The position numbers and the translations under genes are program-made. The notes below the pieces were generated by a model. That model was not told where the DNA came from, made no database searches, and worked only from the letters and a program-made list of their open reading frames with translations. This document shows, one piece after another, positions 1 to 8,153 of a stretch of 24,000 nucleotides of DNA; the first letter of the stretch is position 1, and each line of letters begins with the position of its first letter. Source of the stretch: Marine Group I thaumarchaeote (GTDB lineage: Archaea; Thermoproteota; Nitrososphaeria; Nitrososphaerales; Nitrosopumilaceae); the NCBI GenBank assembly GCA_013390375.1, contig JACATA010000005.1, positions 23,856 to 47,855 on the forward strand. Direction: 5' to 3'.

Positions 1-171
1 AGATATTTTATCCTTAATTTCATCATACCACCCATCAAATAGAAAATCTATGATGCTTAATGGAAGGGGAACACCCGTTTCGTGTATTATACTATCTTTT
101 GTTGCAACGTTACCATCTATTATCAAACCATAGGTTTCCTTACCATCATGCATTAATCTTGCAATTTTCAC
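1..171 (-). CDS. Fumarylacetoacetate hydrolase (FAH) family protein, N-terminal fragment; the gene runs off the left edge
   Basis: Not in the ORF track because it is truncated. From GTG at 171-169 the reverse strand reads VKIARLMHDGKETYGLIIDGNVATKDSIIHETGVPLPLSIIDFLFDGWYDEIKDKIS, with no stop to position 1. The MKIARF..dG...G.i.dg pattern is the usual FAH-family N-terminus. It starts 5 nt after the gltX stop. Confidence 0.4.
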   Translation of the reverse strand, partial: MKIARLMHDGKETYGLIIDGNVATKDSIIHETGVPLPLSIIDFLFDGWYDEIKDKIS

Positions 172-176
172 GTTAA

Positions 177-1889
177 TCACTTGTGGGTAAAAATGGCTTG
201 TTTAGATGAATCTTTACGGCAGTATCCAAATCTAACAAACTGTATTTCTTCTCCATTCCTTAATTCTAAGTAATGAGGTTCTACATACACATGTATTTCT
301 TCTAGGCTTTCCTCGTTAAATTTATCATCTACAAACAACCGTTGTGGTATGAGAATTTTTAATTCATGGGCGTTTTTTTGAGAAACCCATTGTAATTTCA
401 TAAAATTTACATCACGTTCATCACCGGTAAACTCTCCAGTTATTTCTGAATTTACGGATGTGATTTTTACGTTACCTAGTCCCATTAAGCGCAATTGATC
501 TCCAATCTTAAGACTCTTGACATCATCAGATGATAAAAAGACACTATCTTCTACCATAACTTTTCTGGTTCCCATTTTATTAGATGGGTGGTTAGGAAGT
601 TCTACAGTAGAATTAGGCAGATTTCTAATTGTCAGTGTTTTAGGATCTTTTACCATGAATAACCTGATACTATTTTCGTCAACAATTTTTCGGTTAAACG
701 CCTCAAGTGAATCAAATGGTGCTAAAGTATCTGCTTTTGTAAGGCTCAAAGACAACGTGAACTTTCTAATTGCCTCTGGGGTTATCCCACGGCGCTCTAG
801 AGCTGCTAATGTTGGTAATCTTGGGTCATCATATGAAGAAACCTTTCCCTCGTCTATCAAAGGTCTTAAGATTCTTTTTGAGACTGGCATGCCCTTGAAC
901 TCTAACCTTGAAAATTCAAGCATCTTAGGATGTCTCATATCAAGAGCATCCAGTATTGCATGGTACAATTCGTTTCTTAATTCATATTCTTTGCTTCTCA
1001 AGGCATGAGTTATACCATCCGTAGAATCTTCAACAGCAACTGCAATATCATAACTTGGCCAAACCCTGTGTTCTTCTGCTAACCGTGCATGTCTTGCATC
1101 GTTGATTCTAAAGAGTACAGGATCTCGCATTACAGTGTTCTTAGATTCCATGTCTCCACGAAATCTAACAACTGCTTCGCCTGGTTTGTATTTCTTAAAC
1201 ATTCGTTCCCATCTCTCTTCATTTTGTTTAACATCTCCCATGCTACATTCGCAAGACACCATTTCTTTCCTGTTTTTGCTTATAGTATCACGCTTACACG
1301 TACAGACATATGCATAATTTTTCTTTATCATCTCAACGCATTTATCATAAAACAGCCCGATATCATCAGAGGTATTTTTTATTTCATCGAATTCTATCCC
1401 AAGCCAATCTAGTCCCACTTTTATGGCAGCCCAGTACTCTAACCTGGTATCCTCCGGATTAGTATCATCATATCTTAGAACTAGTTTTCCGCCGTACATT
1501 TTGGCATACTCTTCGCTGATTATAGCCGCCTTTGCGTGACCAATGTGAGGATAGCCATTAGGAGCAGGTGTAAATCTAGTTACAACCTTTCCCTGTTCAG
1601 CCCCTTCCAAGGGCGGTAAGCCCACTCTTTCCTCTTTTACATTTTCTTTCACATCAAGTATTTCAGGAAAATTATTCTGTATCTCAGTTTTTTGTTCTTC
1701 AATTGACATGCCATTAACCTGAGAAACAATTGAGGCAATTTCAGGAATAACCTCTTTAACATTGTTTTTAAGTTCAGGTATTGTTCCTAAAGATTTTGAT
1801 AGGACAACTTTGTCTTTTGTCTTACCATCATGCTCAACTGCATTCTGTAAAGCTATTTTTCTAATCTCTTTCTTTAAATCATCAGCCAA
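177..1889 (-). CDS. gltX: Glutamyl-tRNA synthetase (archaeal type)
   Basis: 570-aa ORF with the class I HIGH motif (PNGYPHIGHAKAA), a KMSKS-like MPVSKR and an archaeal-type C-terminal anticodon-binding region. The only start near the conserved N-terminus (IRKIALQNAVEHDG) is TTG at 1889, 1 nt after the idsA stop. Confidence 0.92.
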   Translation of the reverse strand: MADDLKKEIRKIALQNAVEHDGKTKDKVVLSKSLGTIPELKNNVKEVIPEIASIVSQVNGMSIEEQKTEIQNNFPEILDVKENVKEERVGLPPLEGAEQGKVVTRFTPAPNGYPHIGHAKAAIISEEYAKMYGGKLVLRYDDTNPEDTRLEYWAAIKVGLDWLGIEFDEIKNTSDDIGLFYDKCVEMIKKNYAYVCTCKRDTISKNRKEMVSCECSMGDVKQNEERWERMFKKYKPGEAVVRFRGDMESKNTVMRDPVLFRINDARHARLAEEHRVWPSYDIAVAVEDSTDGITHALRSKEYELRNELYHAILDALDMRHPKMLEFSRLEFKGMPVSKRILRPLIDEGKVSSYDDPRLPTLAALERRGITPEAIRKFTLSLSLTKADTLAPFDSLEAFNRKIVDENSIRLFMVKDPKTLTIRNLPNSTVELPNHPSNKMGTRKVMVEDSVFLSSDDVKSLKIGDQLRLMGLGNVKITSVNSEITGEFTGDERDVNFMKLQWVSQKNAHELKILIPQRLFVDDKFNEESLEEIHVYVEPHYLELRNGEEIQFVRFGYCRKDSSKQAIFTHK

Positions 1890-1890
1890 G

Positions 1891-2889
1891 CTACAAACGC
1901 CTTTTAATTACAAAATCCAACAACGAAATTATTTCGTTTTTAGCTGTACCAGTATACGAGCTAAGTGATTTTTTAGCCCGTTGTGCATATTTCAATATCA
2001 TGTTTCCTACTTCTTCCTCTACTCCTAATGAACGAATAACATTCACTGCCAAGTGAATTTGTTGTTTTGAAGCTTTAGAATTTCCAAAGACGCGCAGTAT
2101 TATTTTCTTGTTCTTACCTTTTGCTTTCCTAATTGCGAGTATAATTGGAAGTGTTTTTTTACCTTCGCGTATGTCGTTTCCCACCGGTTTTTTTGTAATT
2201 TTACTGTCACCAATAATTCCAAGAAGATCATCTGTGATTTGAAATATTATTCCTAAATTCTTTCCAAACGATGACAGATTTTTCACATCCTTTTGTTTTC
2301 TTTTTGCACAAATTGCCCCCATGGCACATGAAACCTCAAAGAGTACTGCTGTTTTCTTTTCAATCATTTTGATGTATTCCTTTCCAGTTGGAATTCTCTT
2401 GTTTTCAGCAAATTTAATGTCACCAACTTGTCCCTCACAAATCTCAACGCATGTTTTGGATAATTTTGATACTAGCTGTGTTGTATAATTGGAAGATAAT
2501 TTTGATTTTGATGAGATAGTATGATATGCCTTTGAATACAAAACATCGCCTGCAAGAATTGCTAGTGGCATATCGAATTTTTTATGAGTAGTTGGAACTC
2601 CATGTCTCATCTCATCATTATCCATAATGTCATCATGTACCAATGTGAAATTATGAATCATCTCAACTGCACTAGCCGCAGCAATTGCATCAGATTGTCT
2701 TCCACCAAGCATCTGGCAGCTCTTCAGAACCAAAAATGGTCTTAGACGCTTACCACCATGAAGGATTAGATGGGAGGCAGCATCATACAGCTGTTTTGGA
2801 TTACCTTTTAGCTCTTTTTTTAGGAACTTGTTGACAAACCCTGCATTTTTTTTAATAGAATTTGAAACTTTCAACGTACTAATCTCCAA
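1891..2889 (-). CDS. idsA: Geranylgeranyl diphosphate synthase (short-chain trans-prenyltransferase)
   Basis: 332 aa. The first Asp-rich motif is VHDDIMDNDEMRHG and the second is FQITDDLLG. Phe lies five residues before the first motif (NFTLVHDD), the aromatic chain-length ruler typical of archaeal C20 synthases. TTG start at 2889; the ORF opens only 3 codons upstream. Confidence 0.88.
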   Translation of the reverse strand: MEISTLKVSNSIKKNAGFVNKFLKKELKGNPKQLYDAASHLILHGGKRLRPFLVLKSCQMLGGRQSDAIAAASAVEMIHNFTLVHDDIMDNDEMRHGVPTTHKKFDMPLAILAGDVLYSKAYHTISSKSKLSSNYTTQLVSKLSKTCVEICEGQVGDIKFAENKRIPTGKEYIKMIEKKTAVLFEVSCAMGAICAKRKQKDVKNLSSFGKNLGIIFQITDDLLGIIGDSKITKKPVGNDIREGKKTLPIILAIRKAKGKNKKIILRVFGNSKASKQQIHLAVNVIRSLGVEEEVGNMILKYAQRAKKSLSSYTGTAKNEIISLLDFVIKRRL

Positions 2890-3509
2890 TTGTTGTCAGG
2901 TATGTAATGTTTAATTGCATTTTCATATACAGGTTTCAAATCATCTGAAGCCCATTTTGTAATTAAAGAATTGAATTTTTCTAGCGTAGTCGAGTCGGAA
3001 TCTGCAAGAAAATAAAGTGCAATTACCATCCATGGACAGTATGCGTCCCTATTCTGCTCAAGTTCATTTTTCAATTCATCTGGACTAATCCATTTGATTT
3101 CAGAAATTTCATCCTTTATCAGAGATGATTTATCAAAGCTGTCTATCGCCCCAATCAACGTGCCACAAATTTCATTTTCAGAACCAATGTCCTTGTAGGG
3201 AACGTGATATTCAAATTTGTTAACATAATTCATCTTACAGTCGATTCCAATCTCTTCAGGCATTCTACGCTCAGCAGATGACACGTAGGTTTCAGATTCC
3301 CTTGGATGACTTGCAACAGTTCCGTCCCAATCATTTGGCCAGAGCATTTTACTTTCACTTCTTTTGGTTAACAGTAATTTTCCTTCACCGTTGAATATCA
3401 ATGCAGAAAACGCCCTGTGAAGCTTTCCGTTTGGCAAATGACATTTTACTTTCTCTTCCTTTCCAATTGGATTATCGTTTTGATCTACAAGAATAACATA
3501 TTCTTCCAT
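2871..3509 (-). CDS. idi: Isopentenyl-diphosphate delta-isomerase, type 1 (Nudix fold), atypical active site
   Basis: Collinear by eye with E. coli Idi. Metal ligands are conserved: H in KCH, H in LHRAFS, H in SHP, and E.E in ENEIC. FEY and PWMV are also conserved. The start is trimmed to ATG 3509 (MEEYVILVD), 4 nt after the ipk stop; the track start at 3560 would overlap ipk by 47 nt. The catalytic Cys position is Ala (see findings). Confidence 0.82.
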   Translation of the reverse strand: MEEYVILVDQNDNPIGKEEKVKCHLPNGKLHRAFSALIFNGEGKLLLTKRSESKMLWPNDWDGTVASHPRESETYVSSAERRMPEEIGIDCKMNYVNKFEYHVPYKDIGSENEICGTLIGAIDSFDKSSLIKDEISEIKWISPDELKNELEQNRDAYCPWMVIALYFLADSDSTTLEKFNSLITKWASDDLKPVYENAIKHYIPDNNWRLVR

Positions 3510-3513
3510 TCTA

Positions 3514-4251
3514 TCACCTGAATAGTGTGCCTTCAAATTTTTTACCAGAAACAGCATCAACGATTCTTTGAGGCCTGTTACCGTTTACGAAAAACACTTT
3601 CAGACCAGACTTTGACATCTTTGCCGCTTCTGTAATTTTTCGAGTCATTCCTCCAGTTACATCCATCTTGTTTTTACTGATTGTCGGTTTTTCCTTTTTG
3701 AAATCGTAAATTAATTTTTTTGACTTTGTATTAGAGTACACTCCATCTACATCCAGAACAAAAACTGACAGTCTTGGCTTCAATATTTTTCCAATCGTAG
3801 TCATTATCACATCTCCGGATAAAATGTAAGATTTTTTCTGACCATACCATAACGCATCGCCATATGTGACTGGGACAAGCCCAGACTTTGCAATCTCACC
3901 AATCTTCTGAATCTTGTTTCTAATTGGCTGGTTTCCGTTCATAAAATCAGTAGGTGGCAGAGAGTACGTATCTAGCCTGTTTTTTGCGGCGCTGTCCAGG
4001 ATAATTTTGTCCAGTTCTATCATGGAGTTTTTTACAACTGAAAGTCCCTTCAAGTTGTATCTTGCGGGTTTTGTATGCATGCCATATTTCACAGACCAGT
4101 AATGACCGTACGAGCCACCGCCATGAACCAAAATCTTTGGCTCGTCAATCCTCTTGATCTGTTTTAGAATATTGTAGATTGTTTTTCTTCTTGCTGACTG
4201 GGGTTTTTCCTTGTTTGTAATAATTGAACCTCCCAATTTTATTAAAATCAT
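3514..4251 (-). CDS. ipk: Isopentenyl phosphate kinase (amino-acid-kinase fold)
   Basis: 245 aa with the N-terminal KLGGSIIT glycine loop and an HGGGSYGH motif. It sits between mvk and idi. Its ATG overlaps the mvk stop (ATGA). Confidence 0.88.
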   Translation of the reverse strand: MILIKLGGSIITNKEKPQSARRKTIYNILKQIKRIDEPKILVHGGGSYGHYWSVKYGMHTKPARYNLKGLSVVKNSMIELDKIILDSAAKNRLDTYSLPPTDFMNGNQPIRNKIQKIGEIAKSGLVPVTYGDALWYGQKKSYILSGDVIMTTIGKILKPRLSVFVLDVDGVYSNTKSKKLIYDFKKEKPTISKNKMDVTGGMTRKITEAAKMSKSGLKVFFVNGNRPQRIVDAVSGKKFEGTLFR

Positions 4252-5204
4252 TGTTCTATCTTACTCCACACTACACCCTTTGTATCAATTTTTGCTGAAA
4301 AACATTCCTTATCATTTCCTAAAAGCGCAGGTATTTGGTCCATATTTTCATCTTTAATTAGTGCAATAATACAGCCGCCATCCCCGGCTCCGGTAATTTT
4401 TGAGCCCAAAGATATTTCATTTAAGGAACTTATCATGTCACGTAACGTATCGTTTGAAACTTGGATTTCTTCAAGATATTTCTGATTCTCTGACATTTTT
4501 AATCCAAGTGTAGTAACATCATTATTTTTCATGGCTACAATTACTTCATCGATTAATTTGGTTTCAAGATCACATAATTGTGAAAACCTCTCTTCATCAT
4601 TTTCCTTGAATTTGCTGACCCTCTCAACACTGTTCTTCGTGGTGTGTGGAATCATAGAATTTGCTATTACAAGATTAAGCTCAAAAGTATTATCAATTTT
4701 TTTAGTTCCAGTAAATTGTTCATATTCAATCATTCCGCCGTAAGTACAAACTGTACAATCTGCACCAGACGTATCAGGAAAGATTGTTTTTTCGGCCTCT
4801 ATTGATATATTTAAGATCTCCTCAGATGATAGTTCCTTAAATAATTCGGAGATTGAAGCGGCTGCAGCAACACAACATGCAGAAGATGATCCGAGCCCTA
4901 CTCCAATGGGAATGTCAGAATCTATTGTAACTTCTAATCCATTAACATTTTGATTAGAGTTAATTATTTTATTTGCTAGATAAACAAATGGTCTAAACTC
5001 ACTTTTGACTTCTTCATACGAAGATGAAATGGGCACTTCAAGTGTTCCCAATTGTGAATTTACCTTTATGGTTTTATTCTCTGTAAAAGTTGATGTGACT
5101 GTTACCCTCTTGTCTATTGCAGCAAGAATTGCTTTAGTTCCATGAACAACAAAATGTTCTCCGAATAGAATTATTTTTCCCGGTGCGGATGCTATTGATT
5201 TCAA
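4248..5204 (-). CDS. mvk: Mevalonate kinase (GHMP kinase)
   Basis: 318 aa with N-terminal APGKIILFGEHFVVHG, the GHMP ATP motif PIGVGLGSSSACCVA and C-terminal KITGAGDGGC. TTG start at 5204; a stop lies 4 codons upstream. Confidence 0.9.
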   Translation of the reverse strand: MKSIASAPGKIILFGEHFVVHGTKAILAAIDKRVTVTSTFTENKTIKVNSQLGTLEVPISSSYEEVKSEFRPFVYLANKIINSNQNVNGLEVTIDSDIPIGVGLGSSSACCVAAAASISELFKELSSEEILNISIEAEKTIFPDTSGADCTVCTYGGMIEYEQFTGTKKIDNTFELNLVIANSMIPHTTKNSVERVSKFKENDEERFSQLCDLETKLIDEVIVAMKNNDVTTLGLKMSENQKYLEEIQVSNDTLRDMISSLNEISLGSKITGAGDGGCIIALIKDENMDQIPALLGNDKECFSAKIDTKGVVWSKIEQ

Positions 5205-5226
5205 TATTTTGGTTTAAGGTATTGCT

Positions 5227-5835
5227 CTATAATTCTTCTTCCACTTCGGCAGTCTTGGTTTCAAAGTCTTCAATTTCATATTTCATTGTTTTTGAATCTT
5301 GAAGAATTTCACGAGCTAATAACCAATAAACTGTTGCTAGAGCTTTTCTTCCTCTGTTATTAGCGGGAATAACCAAGTCAAGTTTTGACGTCACATTATC
5401 AGTATTGGCAATTCCTATTACCGGAATTCCTGCATTTGTAGCTTCAGTAACCGCCTGAGCATCAACCTGAGGATCAGAGATTATGATTAGAAGTGGTTCT
5501 GAATAATATGGCAGTGATGGATTTGTAAGGGTTCCAGGCATGAATCGTCCTAACATTTTTTTTGCACCTGTTAACTCACAGAACTTTTCAATTGGTGTCG
5601 TAGCATAAACCCTTCCGGAATATACAATTACTTTTTCAATGTCAAATTTTTTTATAAACCTAGCAGCAGTCTGAATTCTGTTTAAAGTAATATCCAAATC
5701 AAATAGGTAAAGTCCCTCAGGGTTGGCTTGTATGATATATGGAAGCATAAATTTTGTTTTAACTTCAGTACCTACCCTTATTCCAGTCGAAAGAACTTTC
5801 TTTTTAATTTCTTCGTGTTCTGCCTGTTGACTCAT
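5227..5835 (-). CDS. rps2: 30S ribosomal protein S2 (uS2)
   Basis: 202 aa with typical archaeal uS2 sequence (GTEVKTKFMLPYI, VDAQAVTEA, GIPVIGIANTD). It sits in the conserved archaeal position next to eno. Confidence 0.94.
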   Translation of the reverse strand: MSQQAEHEEIKKKVLSTGIRVGTEVKTKFMLPYIIQANPEGLYLFDLDITLNRIQTAARFIKKFDIEKVIVYSGRVYATTPIEKFCELTGAKKMLGRFMPGTLTNPSLPYYSEPLLIIISDPQVDAQAVTEATNAGIPVIGIANTDNVTSKLDLVIPANNRGRKALATVYWLLAREILQDSKTMKYEIEDFETKTAEVEEEL

Positions 5836-5842
5836 TTGATTT

Positions 5843-7081
5843 TTAAACCTCAGCCATGCCTTGTATTAAATCATGCTCTGAAAGGCGGATCAACTCATTT
5901 AATTTTGCAACTCTCTCTCCTCCAACAACACCAACTTTTAACATCTTGGAATTAGTTCCTATTCCTATATGAGAAATCTGTGAATCTATTGATTCTCCAG
6001 AGCGATGTGACGTGATCAATTTAATGTTATTGTTACTTGCTACTTTGGAAAATTCTAATGCATCGTATAAACTTCCTGCCTGATTTACTTTTAAAATTGC
6101 AGCATTGCACGATTTATTTTCAATTGCTTTTTTTAGCATGTCTTTGTTTGTTACGGTTAGATCATCACCAGCTATCATAGTTTTAGGAAATTTTGAGACC
6201 AGTTCAGACATATCCCCAAATGCTTCTTCATGCACTGCATCTTCTGCATAGATTAATTTGTATTTTTCAATAATATTGGCAGCAAATTCAATTTGCTTTT
6301 CTGGTGTATTTTCAAATCCTGCCCTTTCGTATACGTACAGATGTTTTTCTTCGTCCCACTGAGTTGATGATGCAAAGTCAACTCCCAATGACACTTCATT
6401 TCCTAAAGTGTATCCCAAATTTTCACAAGCCTTTGCACAAAGTTCTAAGGCTTTTTCATTATCACATTTTGGAGCCCATCCCCCTTCATCTCCTCTTCCG
6501 TTTGTAAAACTTGGATCGGCTTTTTCTATCACATTGCGTAATTCTTTATGAACTTTGAAATTTGTTTCAATAGCATCCCTAATCGTTTTAGCACCTGGCG
6601 CAGAAATTAGAATTTCTTGTATGTCTGGTGTTCCAGGTCCTGCATGTACCCCACCACCTAAAATATTCCCTATTGGGATTGGAAATCTATATTCATTTTG
6701 CTCTGAAATTAATTCAAACAATTGTTTTCCAACTGCTTTTGATGCTGATTCTATTGAAGCAATTGTAATGGCATAAGCTAACCCTCCACCAATCTTAGAA
6801 TAGTTAGGTGTTTGATCTATCGACTTTAATGTTTCATCAATTGATTTCAAGTCGCTTGACTCAAATTCAAGAAATTTCTTTGAATTTTCGTTTAAAATAC
6901 GAAGACTTTCCTCAGGACCATCTTTAGGGAAGCTAACAGCTTCATATTTTCCAACACTTGCACCAGATGGTGCTGATGTTCTACCTAGGTATTGGTTGTC
7001 AGAAATTACGTCTACTTCTATAGTCTTGGTACCTCTACTATTATGAATTATCCTACCTTTAATTGACGTAATTCTAGCCAA
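5843..7081 (-). CDS. eno: Enolase (phosphopyruvate hydratase)
   Basis: 412 aa with N-terminal GRIIHNSRGTKTIEVDV, then GDDLTVTN, ILKVNQAGS and SHRSGES motifs. TTG start at 7081, 1 nt after the rpoN stop. Confidence 0.92.
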   Translation of the reverse strand: MARITSIKGRIIHNSRGTKTIEVDVISDNQYLGRTSAPSGASVGKYEAVSFPKDGPEESLRILNENSKKFLEFESSDLKSIDETLKSIDQTPNYSKIGGGLAYAITIASIESASKAVGKQLFELISEQNEYRFPIPIGNILGGGVHAGPGTPDIQEILISAPGAKTIRDAIETNFKVHKELRNVIEKADPSFTNGRGDEGGWAPKCDNEKALELCAKACENLGYTLGNEVSLGVDFASSTQWDEEKHLYVYERAGFENTPEKQIEFAANIIEKYKLIYAEDAVHEEAFGDMSELVSKFPKTMIAGDDLTVTNKDMLKKAIENKSCNAAILKVNQAGSLYDALEFSKVASNNNIKLITSHRSGESIDSQISHIGIGTNSKMLKVGVVGGERVAKLNELIRLSEHDLIQGMAEV

Positions 7082-7082
7082 T

Positions 7083-7319
7083 CTATTCTAACTCTGACTG
7101 AATCTCTGTATTCCTTTTGTACATAGCCTCATAGAATGGAATAACCTGTTGTATTGTCTCAACTGTGGTTAACAGCATTCTTCTACAGCAATACCTTTCG
7201 ATCCCTAATGAATCTAATATTTTTGCAGGTTCTTCACCTGACTTTACTCTGTTCTGATATTCTTCAAATTTATCAGCTACAAGATTACCACATGTAAAAC
7301 ATCTTACAGGTACTAGCAC
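7083..7319 (-). CDS. rpoN: DNA-directed RNA polymerase subunit N (Rpo10)
   Basis: 78 aa. N-terminus (M)LVPVRCFTCGN plus YCCRRML gives the four zinc-binding Cys of Rpo10. GTG start at 7319. Confidence 0.92.
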   Translation of the reverse strand: MLVPVRCFTCGNLVADKFEEYQNRVKSGEEPAKILDSLGIERYCCRRMLLTTVETIQQVIPFYEAMYKRNTEIQSELE

Positions 7320-7340
7320 ATCTTCAAAAAACAGTTAAGG

Positions 7341-7350
7341 ATTATAAAAA
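7341..7350. promoter_or_regulatory. TATA-like box (ATTATAAAAA) in the 50-nt rpoN/tRNA-Leu divergent spacer
   Basis: This is the only A/T box in 7320-7369. Its centre is about 25 nt from the tRNA 5' end (7370) and about 26 nt from the rpoN GTG (7319), matching the usual archaeal TATA-to-start spacing in both directions. Confidence 0.35.
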
Positions 7351-7369
7351 CCCTGCACGGAAGTTCTTT

Positions 7370-7454
7370 GCGGGTGTCGCCCAGCCTGGTCAAAGGCGCT
7401 AGCTTGAGGGGCTAGTCTCTTAGGAGTTCGTGGGTTCAAATCCCATCGCCCGCA
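7370..7454 (+). tRNA. tRNA-Leu, anticodon GAG (class II, long variable arm)
   Basis: Folded by hand. Acceptor GCGGGTG pairs with CGCCCGC (one G-U) and the discriminator is A. The D arm is GCC...GGC. The anticodon stem is CTAGC/GCTAG with loop TTGAGGG (U33, G34 A35 G36, G37). The variable arm is 14 nt (TCTCTTAGGAGTTC). The T arm is GTGGG-TTCAAAT-CCCAT. No intron and no encoded CCA. Confidence 0.93.
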
Positions 7455-7472
7455 TTTCTAAAAATTATATTA

Positions 7473-8120
7473 TTATTTTTTTGTCAGAGCTTTGACGAAA
7501 TGGTTTCTTCTGATCTCTTCAGTAATTACTGCTCTTGTTTCTTCTACAAGAATACGATTAACATCCAATTTTCTTCTTGCTTCCTTTACAATTTTATCAT
7601 ACATTGCAAATGGGTATAGAGTTTGATAGAGATTCTCCATAACACTAAAAATTCTATCAGCTTTCTTTAGTTGTCCATTCCTGATATTATCTAACACCAG
7701 TCTTTTAAGCTCACCAATGCAATCAAGCAATCCCAAGATATACGATTCCTCTGAAACTTTTAGAGATTTTAGCGAAGGGATTTCCTTATTTTCTATTACA
7801 GCCAAAAATGAATGAGCCTCAACAAATTCTTGCTCGGGTGTTATAAGATATTTTTTAAAATTATTCTTTGCTTTTTTTTGGTTCCTTTTCAAAACTACTT
7901 CCGCTTTCTTGATTTTTTGCTTTGCCAATCTGAGATCACCTTTATGAGCAGCTATGATGGAATGACTGCATAAGATTACAACATCTCTCGTATTTTTTAT
8001 CAAAAATTCTCTTGATGCATTGGTAGCTTTTAGAGACTTTGAAATTCTCGGCAGCGATGATTTTACGTTCTTTAATGTCATGATCTGTTTCAAAAAAACT
8101 GGGATAAAGTCGTTTGCCAA
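7473..8120 (-). CDS. Translin-family nucleic-acid-binding protein (archaeal homologue)
   Basis: 215-aa all-helical protein. YILGLLDCIGELKRLVLDNIRNG, followed by LYQTLYPF...RRKLD, matches the translin/TRAX core pattern (GL.D..GEL.R ... LR.K.D). The start is uncertain: TTG 8120 or ATG 8081. Confidence 0.55.
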   Translation of the reverse strand: MANDFIPVFLKQIMTLKNVKSSLPRISKSLKATNASREFLIKNTRDVVILCSHSIIAAHKGDLRLAKQKIKKAEVVLKRNQKKAKNNFKKYLITPEQEFVEAHSFLAVIENKEIPSLKSLKVSEESYILGLLDCIGELKRLVLDNIRNGQLKKADRIFSVMENLYQTLYPFAMYDKIVKEARRKLDVNRILVEETRAVITEEIRRNHFVKALTKK

Positions 8121-8153
8121 AGGGCTTAATTGCTTTATTAATTTGGTTTAGAC

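Noticed and set aside
517-1412. Plus-strand ORFs 517-1008, 1089-1412 and 1102-1317 inside gltX. The same applies to other antisense or overlapping track ORFs: 1762-1968, 3914-4102, 4531-4743, 5728-5955, 6304-6507, 6555-6776, 8201-8506, 9090-9278, 9843-10115, 13360-13602, 15722-16087, 16217-16435, 17800-18054, 18489-18698, 19002-19277, 21265-21486, 21581-21853 and 21843-22046.
   Set aside because: Each lies entirely within a well-supported gene, either on the opposite strand or (21581-21853) in another frame of the same strand. They have low-complexity, Leu/Ser/Phe-rich translations typical of shadow ORFs in AT-rich DNA, and none carries a recognisable motif.
3510-3560. N-terminal extension of idi (MMLFLVKNLKAHYSGDR) overlapping ipk by 47 nt
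   Set aside because: Homology to type-1 IDI begins at MEEYVILVD (ATG 3509), which sits 4 nt after the ipk stop. The extension has no counterpart in IDI proteins.
7320-8153. tRNA-Leu as an integration hotspot (a genomic island or integrase next to the tRNA)
   Set aside because: No integrase, no direct repeat of the tRNA 3' end and no compositional break are visible. The flanking genes are housekeeping.
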